From the human T2T-CHM13v2.0 reference genome, Homo sapiens, in NCBI RefSeq assembly GCF_009914755.1, contig NC_060941.1: a stretch of DNA of 64,000 nucleotides; one strand, written 5' to 3'. The position numbers were made by a program, and so were the translations under genes. The notes below the pieces were generated by a model. The model was not told the origin of the DNA and did no database searches. It saw only the letters and a program-made list of their open reading frames with translations. How positions within the stretch are numbered: the stretch's first letter is position 1; each line of letters opens with the position of its first letter. Positions 12,891 to 26,899 of the stretch are shown in pieces.

Positions 12891-14009
12891 TAAACCAGTG
12901 ACCTTAAGTCTTAGCAACCCTTGCATACCCCAGAAAAGTCTAGCACCGTGCTTGCCTTTCAGTAGGACACTTTAGTAAGTGTCTGCTGTTGTTGAATCAC
13001 CAGTGCTGCTATTGTATCTATTACTCTTTGAGAAGCAGGATGGAGGAAGTCAATTATATAGGAGGCCTGATGCTTGCCCTCAGAGAGCTTACAACCAACT
13101 ATATTATTTCCAAGTTTGTTCTAGTGGCAGAAGCCTTTCTGCTGAGGCCTAAGTGTAAAACAGCTCATGATGGTGATCAGGGGATGGTTGAAGCAAGAGA
13201 TGGAGGTGGGGGGGTCCTCTGTTCATCTGTTTATCCTTCCAGGCCTTGCCATCCCCCACCCCCAGGAGAATCAGGCTCTGCACAGAAACCATAGGACCCC
13301 ATAGATCCCAGTTTGAAACCCACCATCTCGGACCATGAGTGCCCTATGGGCAAGTTTATGTCTTTTTCATCTTTCTGTCCCCAGCCCCCAGCTCAATACA
13401 GAATATATGTATGTATTGGTTGATTCTTTCAGTGAAAGATTGAAAGATTTCAATCTCTTGTGAAATACCTGAAGAATCATCATCACAAAGCACATGAGCA
13501 AACGCATAGTTTTTAGTTTTATATCTCTTTTAAGTTTCATAGATATTTGGCCCAAAGAAAGCCCTCAAAGTTGGGTAGAGAAAAGCCATGAGGGCTTCCT
13601 GGAAGAAAAGGCTTTTGAGCTAGATTCTGAAGGAAGCATAGTAAAACAGAGAAAAAGCAGGGAGAAAATTCAATGAGGAGAGCCCACAGGAACAAAGACA
13701 TGGAATCAGGATGGAGCTTCACCCATGTGGGGCAAACCCTGGGCTCAAATAGGGGGTTAATAACAAGTGAAGTTGGTACCACACATTTATTCTTTTTTTT
13801 CTTTTACACTTCCCAGAGCTTCAGTGGAGGCAGATGGGGGTCCAGCAAGAATGCCAAAGCAGCCATCTCATGATGTTTGACAACATTCATCTGAGCTGTT
13901 TCATGTTTAACATGTCTTCCAACTCTGTAAAATTACAGAATGGAATATGAAAGATGGCATTTTATTCTATGGCTGGTGAAAAGGATGAAAAAAGACACCA
14001 CTTGTTTTT

Positions 14010-14255
14010 TTTCATTCATGCAGCTGATATTGGTTGAGCACCTATTATGTTCTTAAGCACGATGCTAGACGCAAGCGATATCAAGTTGGCTAAGACTCTC
14101 CAACAACCATGCTTTGGGCTGATAGATGTGTGAACAAATAACTACTGGTGGTGATCGCTGTAATGGAAGAAGGTGACACAGGTGCAGAGGAGGAAATGGC
14201 TAACTGCCAGAGAAGCCAGATAAGACCTCAAGGTAGAAGCAACCTCTGAACTGAA
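14010..14255 (-). mobile_element. L2 3' end
   Basis: ttcattcat..gttgagcacctattatgt..gcacgatgctaga. Confidence 0.65.
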
Positions 14256-14259
14256 TCTT

Positions 14260-14624
14260 GGGTTTTTTTCTGTAAAGGACCATACAGTAAATATCTGAAG
14301 CTTTGCAGGCCGTACAGTCTCTGCTGCAACTACTCAACTCTGCCACTGTAACACGAGGTCAGCCATAGACAATAGATAAATGAATGGGTGCAACTGTGCA
14401 CCAAAATGACATTATTTATGGACACAGAAATTTAAATTCTCTATAACTTTCATGAGTCATGAAACGTCATTTTTCTTCTGGTATTTTTTCGGCCATTAAA
14501 AAATACATTTTTCACCAACCTGATGCTTAAAAATGAAAATACAAACACTTTCTTGGCTCTTGGGCCACAGGAAACCAGGTAGAGGGACAGATGTGATCCA
14601 CGGGCTGTGATTTGCAGACCCCTG
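14260..14624 (+). mobile_element. MER58B (hAT-Charlie)
   Basis: tttttctgtaaaggaccatacagtaaatat...gcaactactcaactctgcc...tttgcagacccctg. Confidence 0.85.
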
Positions 14625-14834
14625 TCTTAAAGGCTGAATTGGCATACCCCTGGTGAAGATGGAGGTATGAGTTAGTAACGAGAGTAAAGGGGGGTCTCTG
14701 CAGTGTAAGGTCCTTAGCAAAGTCTCAGAAACACATAAAGATTGAGTCTATTTGGGAAATTGAGGTCGTTGTGAGAGTGAGGCCTGGGGTCCGGATCGAA
14801 ACTGGAAAAGTCAATAGTCAACAGTTTTTATATG

Positions 14835-15489
14835 CCCACTGTTGAACACATCATTATTTTAAAATATTACTACATAAAATTACAATTAAATAAATTACAT
14901 TTAAAAGAAAACTGGCCGGGTTCAGTGGCTCACGCCATAATCCCAACACTTTGAGAGGCCAAGATAGGCAGATTGCTTGAGCCCAAGACCAGCCTGGGCA
15001 ACATAGCAAAACCTCGTCTCTACTAAAATTACAAAAATTATCCAGGAGTGTTGGTGTGCCTGTAGTCCAAGCTACTTGGGAGGCTGAGCTGGGAGGATGG
15101 CTTAAGCCCAGGAGATGAAGGTTGCGGTGAGCTGTGATCACGCCACTGCACTCTAGCCTGGACGACAGAGAAGAACCTGTCTCAAAACAAGAAAACACAC
15201 ACACAAAACAAAGGTAATAAATACTCAAAAACTCATCACTTCCTCATTATTTCTGATATTTTACTATTATCTTTGCCTTTGAGATTATTTACCTCGAGTG
15301 CGTCCACATAATGGAGATGCCATGACATGCTACTGTGTTTCTCTTCCCAACTCTGTATTCTGCTACTTCACATGGGTAGCTTGACATTGGCCATGATGGG
15401 GATATTTACACTGCAGGAATTGACAAACGCTACAATGTAGGGCTTCTTTTTAGTCCCCCAGAGAATCAGTGGTTAAGCCTTTACCACTG
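14835..15489 (+). mobile_element. MER63-type (hAT-Blackjack) split by an AluJ
   Basis: ttacaattaaataaatta[Alu]aaaggtaataaatactcaaaactcatcacttcc...ccactg. Confidence 0.8.
14914..15212 (+). mobile_element. AluJ
   Basis: ggccgggttcagtggctcacg...gattgcttgagcccaag; CA-containing tail. Confidence 0.9.
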
Positions 15490-16469
15490 ACTGCAAGCAA
15501 AAGAAAATTAAGTCCAGGACTTAAGTAATGATGGCAAAAGTGGAGAGAAGGGGGATAACTGGGATAGAATTAGACTCAACCGGGTAGCTTTGGAGGAATG
15601 AGGAAGAAGCGGAAGAGAAGGATACCTCCAAGCCCGAGAAAGCTATTTATAAAGAAGCACTTTGAGAACTAGACTTGGCTCGGCACTTCCTCCACACGCC
15701 TTCTCATTGGACAACCCCAGAAGTAAGTGTGAGAGCTCCGAGCCCCAGGCCCCTGGCAGCTGGCGCAGCAGCAGGAGGCACAGAACCCTTGTCTAAGATC
15801 ACCCGAGGAGGTGCTGCTATGGCCAAGCCCCCAGCCTTCCAATCCCCCTGCACCACAGGCCCTTGTCTGTGTATGTTTACATCTCATATATAGCCCCGTG
15901 CAGAGCTGTGTGGGCACCCGCAGTGCTCCACGAGCGGTCTGTGTGTATTTATAACCACACAGCCATGTGTGGACAGCCCCACATATAGATCTCACCTCCA
16001 TCACTTCACACATCCCCGAGGTGCCTGGGGCCTGCTTCCTGACCTCACATCGGGGGCTGTGGGCCTGCTAATTGACTCTGATGGGAACTGTGCCCTGCCA
16101 GCCAAAGGCATGCAGCCCACCTCCCACAGCCAGCGCCTGCTACCTCCCACGGCCCTTGGGGGCCGGACCTTCCTGGTAAAGCTGTGTGAGAGGCAGCCAT
16201 AAACATGCCGCAGGCTGACCTGCATATGGAAATGAGGCTCGCGGTTTGCCTGGCGCCCAGCCACAGGCCTGTGGCCTTGCTACTGCCAAGTATCTTTAGC
16301 ATGAACTTCGTTCACTTTGCCCCCCTCCACTCCTTTTCAGTCCCTCTCATCTCCTGCCCTGTCTTACTCTCAGTTTGGGGTGCCTCTTTCCAGGCTGGGG
16401 TCTTATCCTCAAGACTGCATGGAGGGCTTGGCCTCATCACACCCCATCTGATGATAAGAACAACAACAA

Positions 16470-16600
16470 CATAATCATAGCTTGCAATTTCTGTGCTAGG
16501 CATTTCATGTCCATTATCTCGCTGAATACACATGGAGGCCCCGTTTTACAAACAAGGAACCTAAGACTGTAAGAGGGTCATTTGGTGGGGAGATTAGGAC
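16470..16600 (-). mobile_element. MIR fragment
   Basis: ccccgttttacaaacaaggaacctaagact. Confidence 0.55.
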
Positions 16601-17479
16601 TGAAGAGGTCAAGGTTGGCAGATTGGTTGGGGCTCCCTGAGCTGCACATGCCATGCTGGAAGGGCCTCTGGGTGCAGGAGAAAGACATGGAGTCCATCAC
16701 TAGGCCAGCAATGGCCAAATAGAGAGAAGGGGATGATTGGCATAGACTCAACATCAACCAGGTAGCTTGGCAGGATGAGGGAGAAGGAAGAGGAAAAGAA
16801 GGATGCCTCCAAGCCAGAGAAAGAGCTATTTATAGAGGACAGTCAGTCTTTTTCCAATTAAGAGTGGGGCAAAGGCCATTCAGGAGGCTGTAATGAGAGG
16901 AAGATGCCACCCTGGGGGCACAGGCTGCTCCTGGTTGGGCAAGGTGCTTACTCTTAGACAGTGCCAGTCTCAGCTTCCTAAGGGATCTGATCTGGAAGCT
17001 CACATTGAAGACACGGCCCAAACAGCTGCCCTGGACGTGCTTCAGGAATGTCAGTCCATCATTTCCTCACCATTTCACAGAATTCCCTGAGGTAGGATCC
17101 AACCACCTTGGGGAGAGGAGATGGGAGAGGTAGCCATAAGACTTCTCTTGTTGTCAATGAACAGCGGCCTAGGGAGGCTTTCCTGGGCTTTGTTCTCTCA
17201 ATGCCCCGACATAGGCTGAAGTTAACCGAGGCTGGAGTTGTGGTCATCTCCTACTTTCATTTGGCATGTCATTGTCCTTTGCAGGCCTACCCTTGCCCAT
17301 AAGTATGTATGTCAGCCCCTCCCTCCCTCCTTCCTTACCTTTTTCTTTCCTCCCTCTCTTCTTCCTATTCCTTGTTTCTACAATTTAACAGAATATTCTT
17401 TTTTGAGTTGAAGCACTATCAATGTCCTTATGACCTCCATTGATTTGCTCCTATGTCTGCCCTCTGGGGCCCTAGCTAC

Positions 17480-17640
17480 CCTATGGAATAGGTTCTTTTG
17501 CTATCCCCATTTTAGATATGGAGAATCGGAGGCTCAGGAGGATTAAGTAACTTGCCCCATGTTTCACAGTCAACAGGTAGCAGAGCTAGGAATTGGACCC
17601 AGGTAGCCTGATGCAAAAGCCAGTTCTCTTAACCACCAGG
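17480..17640 (-). mobile_element. MIR
   Basis: atccccattttagatatggagaatcggaggctcaggaggattaagtaacttgccc. Confidence 0.75.
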
Positions 17641-19229
17641 ATGCACTGGTTTTTCTCTGTCTTCCATTGGCAAATCTTCAAATACCTTCTCAAAGGTCAT
17701 CCCATCCAGCCCCCTGCTTTTAAGCAGGAATGCCTTAACCATGAATGTCCACTTTATGTCTTTCAGAGGCCTTAGAGATTCAACCACAAAAGAGAGATAG
17801 TGAAATAAACTATGCTGAGCATCACCAGGAACCATGTGCACCATCTAGTTACATTACTTGCAGTCACCCATTTGGGGATCTTCCCTAAATCAGCCTCCCA
17901 TCCCTCCTAGTGCTCCTGCAGCATGTCTCCCCTAATTCTGTGCTGGTAGGTCCCCACTGCAGACCCTCCATCCCCCACTCCCAAGCGTTGGGCCATAATA
18001 AACCCAGCTGAAATGCAAGCCCAAGCCCTGCCCATTGTCATCACAGTAAACAGCCTGGACCCGAAGGCTGCCTCCCTCACTCCCCAGAAGATTAATAAAT
18101 CAGATTCAGACGCCTATTGTTCTGGACACAGTCAGAATCAATTGCAGGATTTTAAATCTCTCAGCACAGAGCAGCTGGCTGGCAACAAGAGGCCCCGCTA
18201 TGTCTCTGGGAAAGCTGGCCAGGGATGGAAATAAGAAAGAGTAAAAGGGAAGACCAAATAATCAATAGTTACCATGCGCTCTTGGCTATCACACGGTATT
18301 GCTCAGGAGGCTGGTCCCTAACTTTATTGTGAGTCACACATAGTAAAAGGACGAGGAGGAGGCAGAAAGTCCAGCTGGGAAGAGAGGACGCCAGAAAGAG
18401 CCAGGTCTGGTGGACCCAGGGTTAGCCCTCAGATGGGTAGGACTGCTCCACACCCACCTCCTAACCTCACCGATGGCTAATTTCATCTGCAAATGTTTGA
18501 ATCTCTCAAAAGTGAGCACTCACTGCCCAAAGCCGCACAGTGAATTCTAGCTTAGGATCCCAGAATTCCCAAGAAGAATTCATAGAAATCCTTGTATCTT
18601 AGACTCATTCCCACTCCCTTGCCACCCGCAACTCCTAGACTTTGGTTTTGTTGTCTTGTTGTTGTTGTTGTTGTTTTATAATCCCTTACTCCCATGGGAG
18701 ATATAGTGTGCCCGCCACTGCCGCCTGAGTGGCTGCTAGCATTTTCCCTAGCTGTTTATGTGGAAAATCATAAAAATATTTGGTGGCCAAAAAAAGAGAG
18801 GAGAAATGCTTTGGTGGTCTGATGCAACAGAATTCCTTTGGTGGGGGAAGGAAGCTGGATGTTTTATTCTAATCCAAAAGCATGCATAAATGCTGTATTG
18901 ATTGAAGAGTACCAGGTAGAATGCACGTTCTTCTCAGAGACCTTCCCCCCACCCAACCCTCTCCAAGAAGACAAAAGCACTGTTGGCAGCTGGCAGAATG
19001 TAAGTCACTTATAACCCAGTCACAAGGTTTGGGAAGAGCTGAAAGCAGAAATTCTTGCAGGCTGCGCTCTGCCCTGAGTGTGGTATTATGCTCCTGCCCT
19101 GGTGGCCTAATTCGCTCGGCTGCAAGAGGAGGCAAGGATGCTGATGTTAATGATGGTGATGGTTGTGGTGGTGATCCAGATATTGCTGTTGTTACTGCAG
19201 CTGATGCTGATTTTTTTTTATGCGCTGCA

Positions 19230-19430
19230 TGTTATGTTTTAGTTATGAAGCCTCTCTGTATACATTCTCTCCTTCGATGCTCATAGTGACTCTCCATGGG
19301 AGGCAGATCAGGTATCATATCACATCACACCCATTTCACAGAGGAAAATGAAGCCCACAGAGACAAAGTGTCTTGCCCAAGAGAACACAACTTGCCAATG
19401 CCAAACCCTGCAAATCAGCTTTACACCATG
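19230..19430 (-). mobile_element. MIR
   Basis: cccatttcacagaggaaaatgaagcccacagagacaaagtgtcttgcccaag. Confidence 0.65.
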
Positions 19431-19447
19431 TTGACTTGAACTCTGAA

Positions 19448-19730
19448 CAGCACGGTCCAAGAGAGTGGTAATGCAATCTACATATGGCATTTAATATTTT
19501 CCAGCAGCCACATTTTTAAGGTTATAAGAAAGCAAGTATATATAATATAACCCAATATATCCAAAATATTATCATTTCAACATGTAATCAATGCAGTTGT
19601 CATTAATGTGATGTTTTACATTCTTTGTTTTCATACTAGATATTTGAAATCTGATGGGTATTTTTCACTTTGAGCACACCTCATTTTAGACTAGCCACAT
19701 GTGGCTGATGGCTATGTTACTGGCCAGCCC
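19448..19730 (+). mobile_element. MER33 (hAT-Charlie)
   Basis: aacccaatatatccaaaatattatcatttcaacatgtaatcaat...gactagccacatgtggct. Confidence 0.85.
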
Positions 19731-20120
19731 AAATCTACAAGGACTTGACAGTGTCTTTGATGCCAAGTGTATTTTTTGAGAAAAACCTCAAAGAGAGGAA
19801 AGCAGGATCATTGCTTGATTCAACTTTATTCATTAAGAGGAAAAACTTTCATCTCAACTTCACCTCTTTCTAGACATTCAGACAAGGTACAAAAATTATT
19901 TCAGTTGACAAACTGTATTTTTCCTCTTCTTTCCATCCTCTTTTCCTTCTTCTCTTCTTTAATCATCATCTGCTAAAACATCTAATCCAGATATTAGCAC
20001 TGAGTGATTAGCAGTTATCTACAAGCAGCAACTTGGTCTACTTTTTGAACTGCACCCTAATTATACATAGTGCTACATGAGGCACAGGGCAGAAATAATG
20101 ATCCCTCCAAGAACACCGGG

Positions 20121-20220
20121 CACTAGAAAAGGAGGAGGAGGGAGAGAGGTCACTAGAAAAGGAGGAGGCAGGGAAGGAAGGAGGGAGGGAGGGAGGGAGG
20201 GAAAGGAGGAAGGAAAAAAA
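20121..20220. repeat. 30-bp-period duplication plus (GGGA)n purine tract
   Basis: cactagaaaaggaggagg at 20121 and 20151, then gagggagggagggaggg. Confidence 0.8.
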
Positions 20221-20227
20221 ACATACC

Positions 20228-21013
20228 AGGTTCAATAGTGCCCCACCCCACAAAACTTATGTTCACCCAGAGCCTCAGAATGTGAACTTATTTAAAACTA
20301 GAGTTTTTGCACATGTAATTAGTTAAGATAAGGACATTGTCGTGGGCCCTAAACCAATGACTGATGTCCTTAAAAGAAAGATATGTGGACACACACAGAA
20401 GACACAAGTAAGAACACCGTATTAGTCCATTCTCACACTGCTAATAAAGACATACCAGAGCCTGGGTAATTTATAAAGGAAAGAAGTTTAATGGATTCAC
20501 AGTTCCACATGGCTGGGGAGGTCTCACAATCATGGCTGAGGATGAAGGAAGAGCAAAGAGATGTCCTACATCGGGGTGGGCAAAAAAGAGCATGTGCAGT
20601 GGAACTCCCCTTTATAAAACCATCAGATCTCATGAGACTTATTCACTATCACAAGAACAGTATGGGGAATGTGCCCCCATGATTCAATTATCTCCACCTG
20701 GCCCCATCCTTGACATGTGGGGATTATTACAATTCAAAATGAGATTTGGGTGGGGACACAGCCAAACCATATCAAACACTATGTAAAGATGGAAGTAGGG
20801 ATTGAGCAATGTGTCTACAAGCTGCCTTTGATCACAAGAAGCTAGGAGAGAGGCATGGAACAGATGCTCCTTCAGAGCCTCCAGATGAATCAACCCCACC
20901 AGCCTCTTGATTTCGGACTCCAGGTCTCCAGAACTGTGAGAGAATACATTCCTGTTGTTTTAAGCCACCTAGTATGTGGCAATTTGTTATTGCAGCCCTA
21001 GGGGACTGATACA
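20228..21013 (+). mobile_element. MLT1C LTR interrupted by a THE1 LTR
   Basis: cctcagaatgtgaacttattt...agaagctaggagagaggcatggaacagat...gataca. Confidence 0.85.
20418..20774 (-). mobile_element. THE1-family solo LTR (C/D-like)
   Basis: gtattagtccattctcac...gccaaaccatatca; perfect 5-bp TSD aacac at 20413-20417 and 20775-20779. Confidence 0.9.
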
Positions 21014-21627
21014 GAAAGGAAGTGCCAAACCAGGCATGCATTCTTGTAAAAAATCTGTAAAGACACGTGATCAAAAAAAGTCTGCAGTTGAGAACATGAA
21101 CTTAGGGGCAGCTTCCCTATCCACTCTCCCCGTTGTTCGTGAAATCATATCAGCTTCCCTCACCTTCCCCGCTCTCAGTTGCCCATTCTGGTAACTGGAG
21201 CCCCAGGTTTCCTATGAAAAGGTACAGCCTTAAAATGAAGGGTTTAAGTAATTCAAATATTGTCCTATAAAAGAGGGAACTACTTATTCTGGGTGACTTT
21301 TGAGGACAGGGTAAAGACCAAACAGTAAAAGAGAGGAAAACAAATTTCAACTCTGCTTGTAGAATTGTTGGACAAGCAGAACTGATCCATGGTAAGAGGG
21401 ATGCCTGGCATGCATGCCTCTAATGAAAGCTGGTCCTGGGGGCATCATAAGGAAGTTAGGGGGATTTCTGCCATCATCAAAGGAATTTCTATTCAAAAAG
21501 GAAAATAAACTGGATGGTCGCAGGGCCCTCTTCCATCTGAAAGCTGACTATTTGATTCTGAGTCAGAATAGAAGGCAGCACACTCTGAAGAGGTTGAGGG
21601 AGACAGTGACTCTCTCACAGGCCAGAC

Positions 21628-22333
21628 TCAGATGAGACACTGACATGGATCATATATGGATGGGACACTGATGCAGAACTTATACAGATGGGACACTGAC
21701 GCAGACAGTATATGGATGGGACACGGATGCGGACCTTATACAGATGGGACACTGACACAGACTGTATACCGATAGGACACTGACACAGACTGTATACAGA
21801 TGAGACCCTGATGTGGACCGTATACGGATGAGACACCGACAGATTGTATACAGGTGGAACGCCGACACAGACCATATACGACATGGGCCATATACAGATG
21901 GGACACTGACACAGATGGTATACGGATGGGACACTGATGCGGACGGTATACAGATGGGACACTGACACAGACCATATATGGATAGGACACTGACACGGAC
22001 GTATACGGATGGGACACTGACGCGGACCGTATACTTACGGGACACTGACGCGGACCGTATACAGATGGGACACTGACGCGGACCTTATACGGACGGGACA
22101 CTGACGCGGACAGTATTCGGACAGGACACTGACTCGGACCGTATACGGATGGAACACTGACGCGGACCGCATATGGATGGGACACTGACGGGGACCTTAT
22201 ATGGATGGGACACTGATGCAAACTGTATATGCATGGGATGCCAACACGGACTGTATACAACACAGACCATATACGGATGGGACACTGACGCAGACCATAT
22301 ACAGGTGGGACACTGACGTGGACTAGATACAGG
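21628..22333. repeat. Minisatellite/VNTR, 28-bp CpG-rich unit (cggatgggacactgacgcggaccgtata), about 25 copies
   Basis: Directly visible tandem array with CpG/TpG/CpA variants. Confidence 0.95.
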
Positions 22334-22616
22334 TGAGAATCAGGGTCTGCTGGGCCCTGACCTCCAGAAGACATGGCCCTCTTTCCATAACACATGACCG
22401 TGTCCCTAGCCTTGGCTGATCAGAGTCTCAACTGTTTTGACTAATGTGGAGAGTACCCATATTGCTGCAGGGGCTACAGCAGAAAGTTGGTTGTATAACT
22501 GGGACCACAACAAGTTATAGCCATGTGCAAGTTAAATTTAAAGGTAAGCAGGAAATATGAGTAAACAAGCAAACCAAAAAAAGCCAGGAAAGAGCAGAAA
22601 GAAACAGACTTCCAGT

Positions 22617-23463
<847 letters not shown>

Positions 23464-23552
23464 CCATCCAGGGAGGAAAAAGAGATAGGAAGAGTTGCTT
23501 TCTACTTCACAGTTCTCATGAGATAGCCTCATCCTTAAAAATAAACCCTCTT

Positions 23553-23853
<301 letters not shown>

Positions 23854-24040
23854 AATAAACCCTGTTTTTGCTTGGCTAACGTCAGTAGGTGTCTGTTCCT
23901 GCAACCAAAGTAGTCCTATTATGGGCAAAATTCTGTCTCTCAAATATTCATATATTGAAGACCTAACCTCGAGTACTTCAAAATGTAACTGTATTTGGAG
24001 ATAGGGTGTTTAAAGAGGTTAAGTTAAAATGAGCTCATTA

Positions 24041-24374
<334 letters not shown>

Positions 24375-24394
24375 TGAAATTTAAACACAGAGGG

Positions 24395-24666
24395 AGGACC
24401 AAAAACCAAACACCGCATGTTCTCACTCATAGGTGGGAATCAAACAATGAGAACACATGGACACAGGAAGGGGAACATCACACAATGGGGCCTGTTGTGG
24501 GGTGGGGGGAGGGGGGAGGGACAGCATTAGGAGATATACCTAATGTTAAATGACGAGTTAATGGGTGCAGCACACCAACATGGCACACGTATACATACAT
24601 AACAAACCTGCACGTTGTGCACATGCACCCTAAAATTTAAAGTATAATAAAAAAAAGAAAAAAAAA
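24395..24666 (+). mobile_element. 5'-truncated L1PA (L1PA4/5-like) 3' UTR with G-rich tract and poly-A
   Basis: caccgcatgttctcactcataggtggg...ggagatatacctaatgttaaatgacgag...aaagtataataaaaaaa. Confidence 0.9.
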
Positions 24667-25207
24667 GACATGGGGAGAAGAAGATGGCCATCTACAAGCC
24701 AAAGAAAGAGGTCCCAGCAGAAACTGCCCCTGCCCACACTTTGATTTTGTACTTCCAGCCCCCAGAACTATGAGAAATTAATTTCTGTTGTTTAAGCCAC
24801 CCAGTCTGTGGTACTTTGTTATGGTAGCCCTAGCTCACTAATACAAGCCCTGACAAAACAAATATGCCAGTGTATGTATCTTGGTGCTAATACAAGCAAT
24901 AGGGAGTCTGGCCCTGCAAGCCTACTAGTTAGAGCAGGGTATGGCCCAAGCCTAGGTAGCTCCAGTGTGCTGCAAGACATGAAGTATTCTCTTGGCATGG
25001 GTTGGCTGCCTCTTCAGTGTGCATCCACTGGAATCAGGACATATGGAACGGGTGATTCATTTCTTCCATCTCTACTCCTGGCAAATAAAAGCATTTACTA
25101 TCACCTCTACAAAGGCAGCAGCATGTTTTTCTTTGCAAAAAGGAACACTGTCCTGGTTCAGCTTTCTTACAAACACAGACACGTGAGTGAGAATGTGCGT
25201 GCATGTG

Positions 25208-25242
25208 CACACACACACACACACACACATGCACACATACAC
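25208..25242. repeat. (CA)n microsatellite
   Basis: Directly visible. Confidence 0.9.
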
Positions 25243-25819
25243 TAGCCTTCTATGTCTATGTTCCCTTTCTAACATACTTTCTTCCCTATTCCATCACCAA
25301 TGCTCAGCAACTGGGAGTCAAGAAACCTTGGTTTGGTCCCAGTTATACGAAATCTGACTTAATTTTCTTAGATTTCTGTTTGTTCAGCTTTAAAATGAAA
25401 GGATTGGCCCATCAATGATTTCTAAGATGACTTTTCACACTTAAGACTCGTGGTTCTGCAATCTCAACACAGTGAAGGTGCACTAGGCACCTTCAACACA
25501 GTGAAGGTGCATTAGGGCAATAAGGGTTCTGCTGCTTATTAGCCATGAGCAGTTCACTTCACTTCTCCCAGCCTCAATTTCCTCCACTGTGAAATGTACT
25601 TAAAGGTGTCTGGGGACCCTCTGACAGTCTGACCCAAGACCTACTCTTTATCCTGTGAATTCACTTTCCAGACCTTAAGTGTTCTTTATCTTCTTGCCTT
25701 GAACAAAACTGTCTCCCCTTGCCATCTTGAGCCTTCCCCTTTCCCACTCATTGCTTTGCTCTATTGACCCCACAGTACCTCCCCAATATTTATCCAACAA
25801 GGGCTCCTGCTCCCATTTT

Positions 25820-26800
25820 CTGTCTCCATCCCAAGTCAACCCATGCATCACCCTGGCCTCAGTCAATGAACTTGAATCCCTTCCATTTCAACGCCCCTCT
25901 CCCATGATCAGAGTCACAGCCCTCCAATGACCACCTCTGAAGTCTCCCCATCAACACTTCCCTCCTAGCCACAGTAGCCATCATCCTCTCATATTTCTTT
26001 TTCACTAACTCCTGCAATGCCCACCCTTTGTCTTGATTAAGATAACCTTTTTCCTGCATGCTAATTTCCCTCCCTTCCTTGCAGGCCTATAGGTCCTTAT
26101 TATTCATTTAAACCACTCTCCTGCTGTCACTGTCAATCCCTCGCCACCTTGTCCCCTGGTCACATATAACCCATCAAGCCTTGCAGCTTTGTAGTCAATC
26201 CAACAACGAACCTTTTCCATTCCCAACTCTGGACACCAGAACTTCACTAGAGAGAGACCAGTCAACTGTGTGGACACATGCCAACACAAATAGATGGCCT
26301 ACAACAGCAGCTGGCCCCCAACAGAGACTGACCATCCTCCCAACTGTCCCCACCAGCCCTTCCTCTACCCCCACCCCCAGCCCCACACCGTGCCTTCCAA
26401 ACCTCCTCCCAGGAACTTCAGGCCCCCAGCCTGGGAAGCTGACCATCTCACTCTCATGGGATGACCTCGCCTCCTACTTTGAAGAGAAAATAGAGGCAAT
26501 CAGGAAAGGATGCCCTCATCTTCCTGCCACCCCACCTACAGCTGTGCACATGTGCACCGTCCTTCCTGCCTTCCCTCCTGCTGCATGAAAGGGATGCTCC
26601 TCCACCTGTCAAGGGCTAATCCTACCTCCTGTGCCCAAGATTCCACCCCACCCCTTTCTCCCTAAGTCCTTGTCCAACCAAGAAGCACCACCCCCTCTAC
26701 TCTATCTGTGTCCTTTCCCCCAACCGTAGGCACCTTTCTGTCAGCACATATGATCAGTCATGTCTCTTCTTTCTGGAAAAAAGAGAAAGTCCTAGACCTT
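25820..26800 (+). mobile_element. Degraded L2 fragments
   Basis: gatgacctcgcctcctactttgaagagaaaatagaggcaatcagg and C-rich L2-like tracts. Confidence 0.6.
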
Positions 26801-26899
26801 TGTCCTTGCCCTTAGTAGCAACTTATTTCCCCACTTACCTCCCTGTCTGAGAGACCTGAAAGCCAGAACCGGTCTGCGACTTCTTCCTTATTTGCCACT

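Noticed and set aside
21615-22395. 219-aa and other ORFs on the minus strand
   Set aside because: Translations of the 28-bp minisatellite
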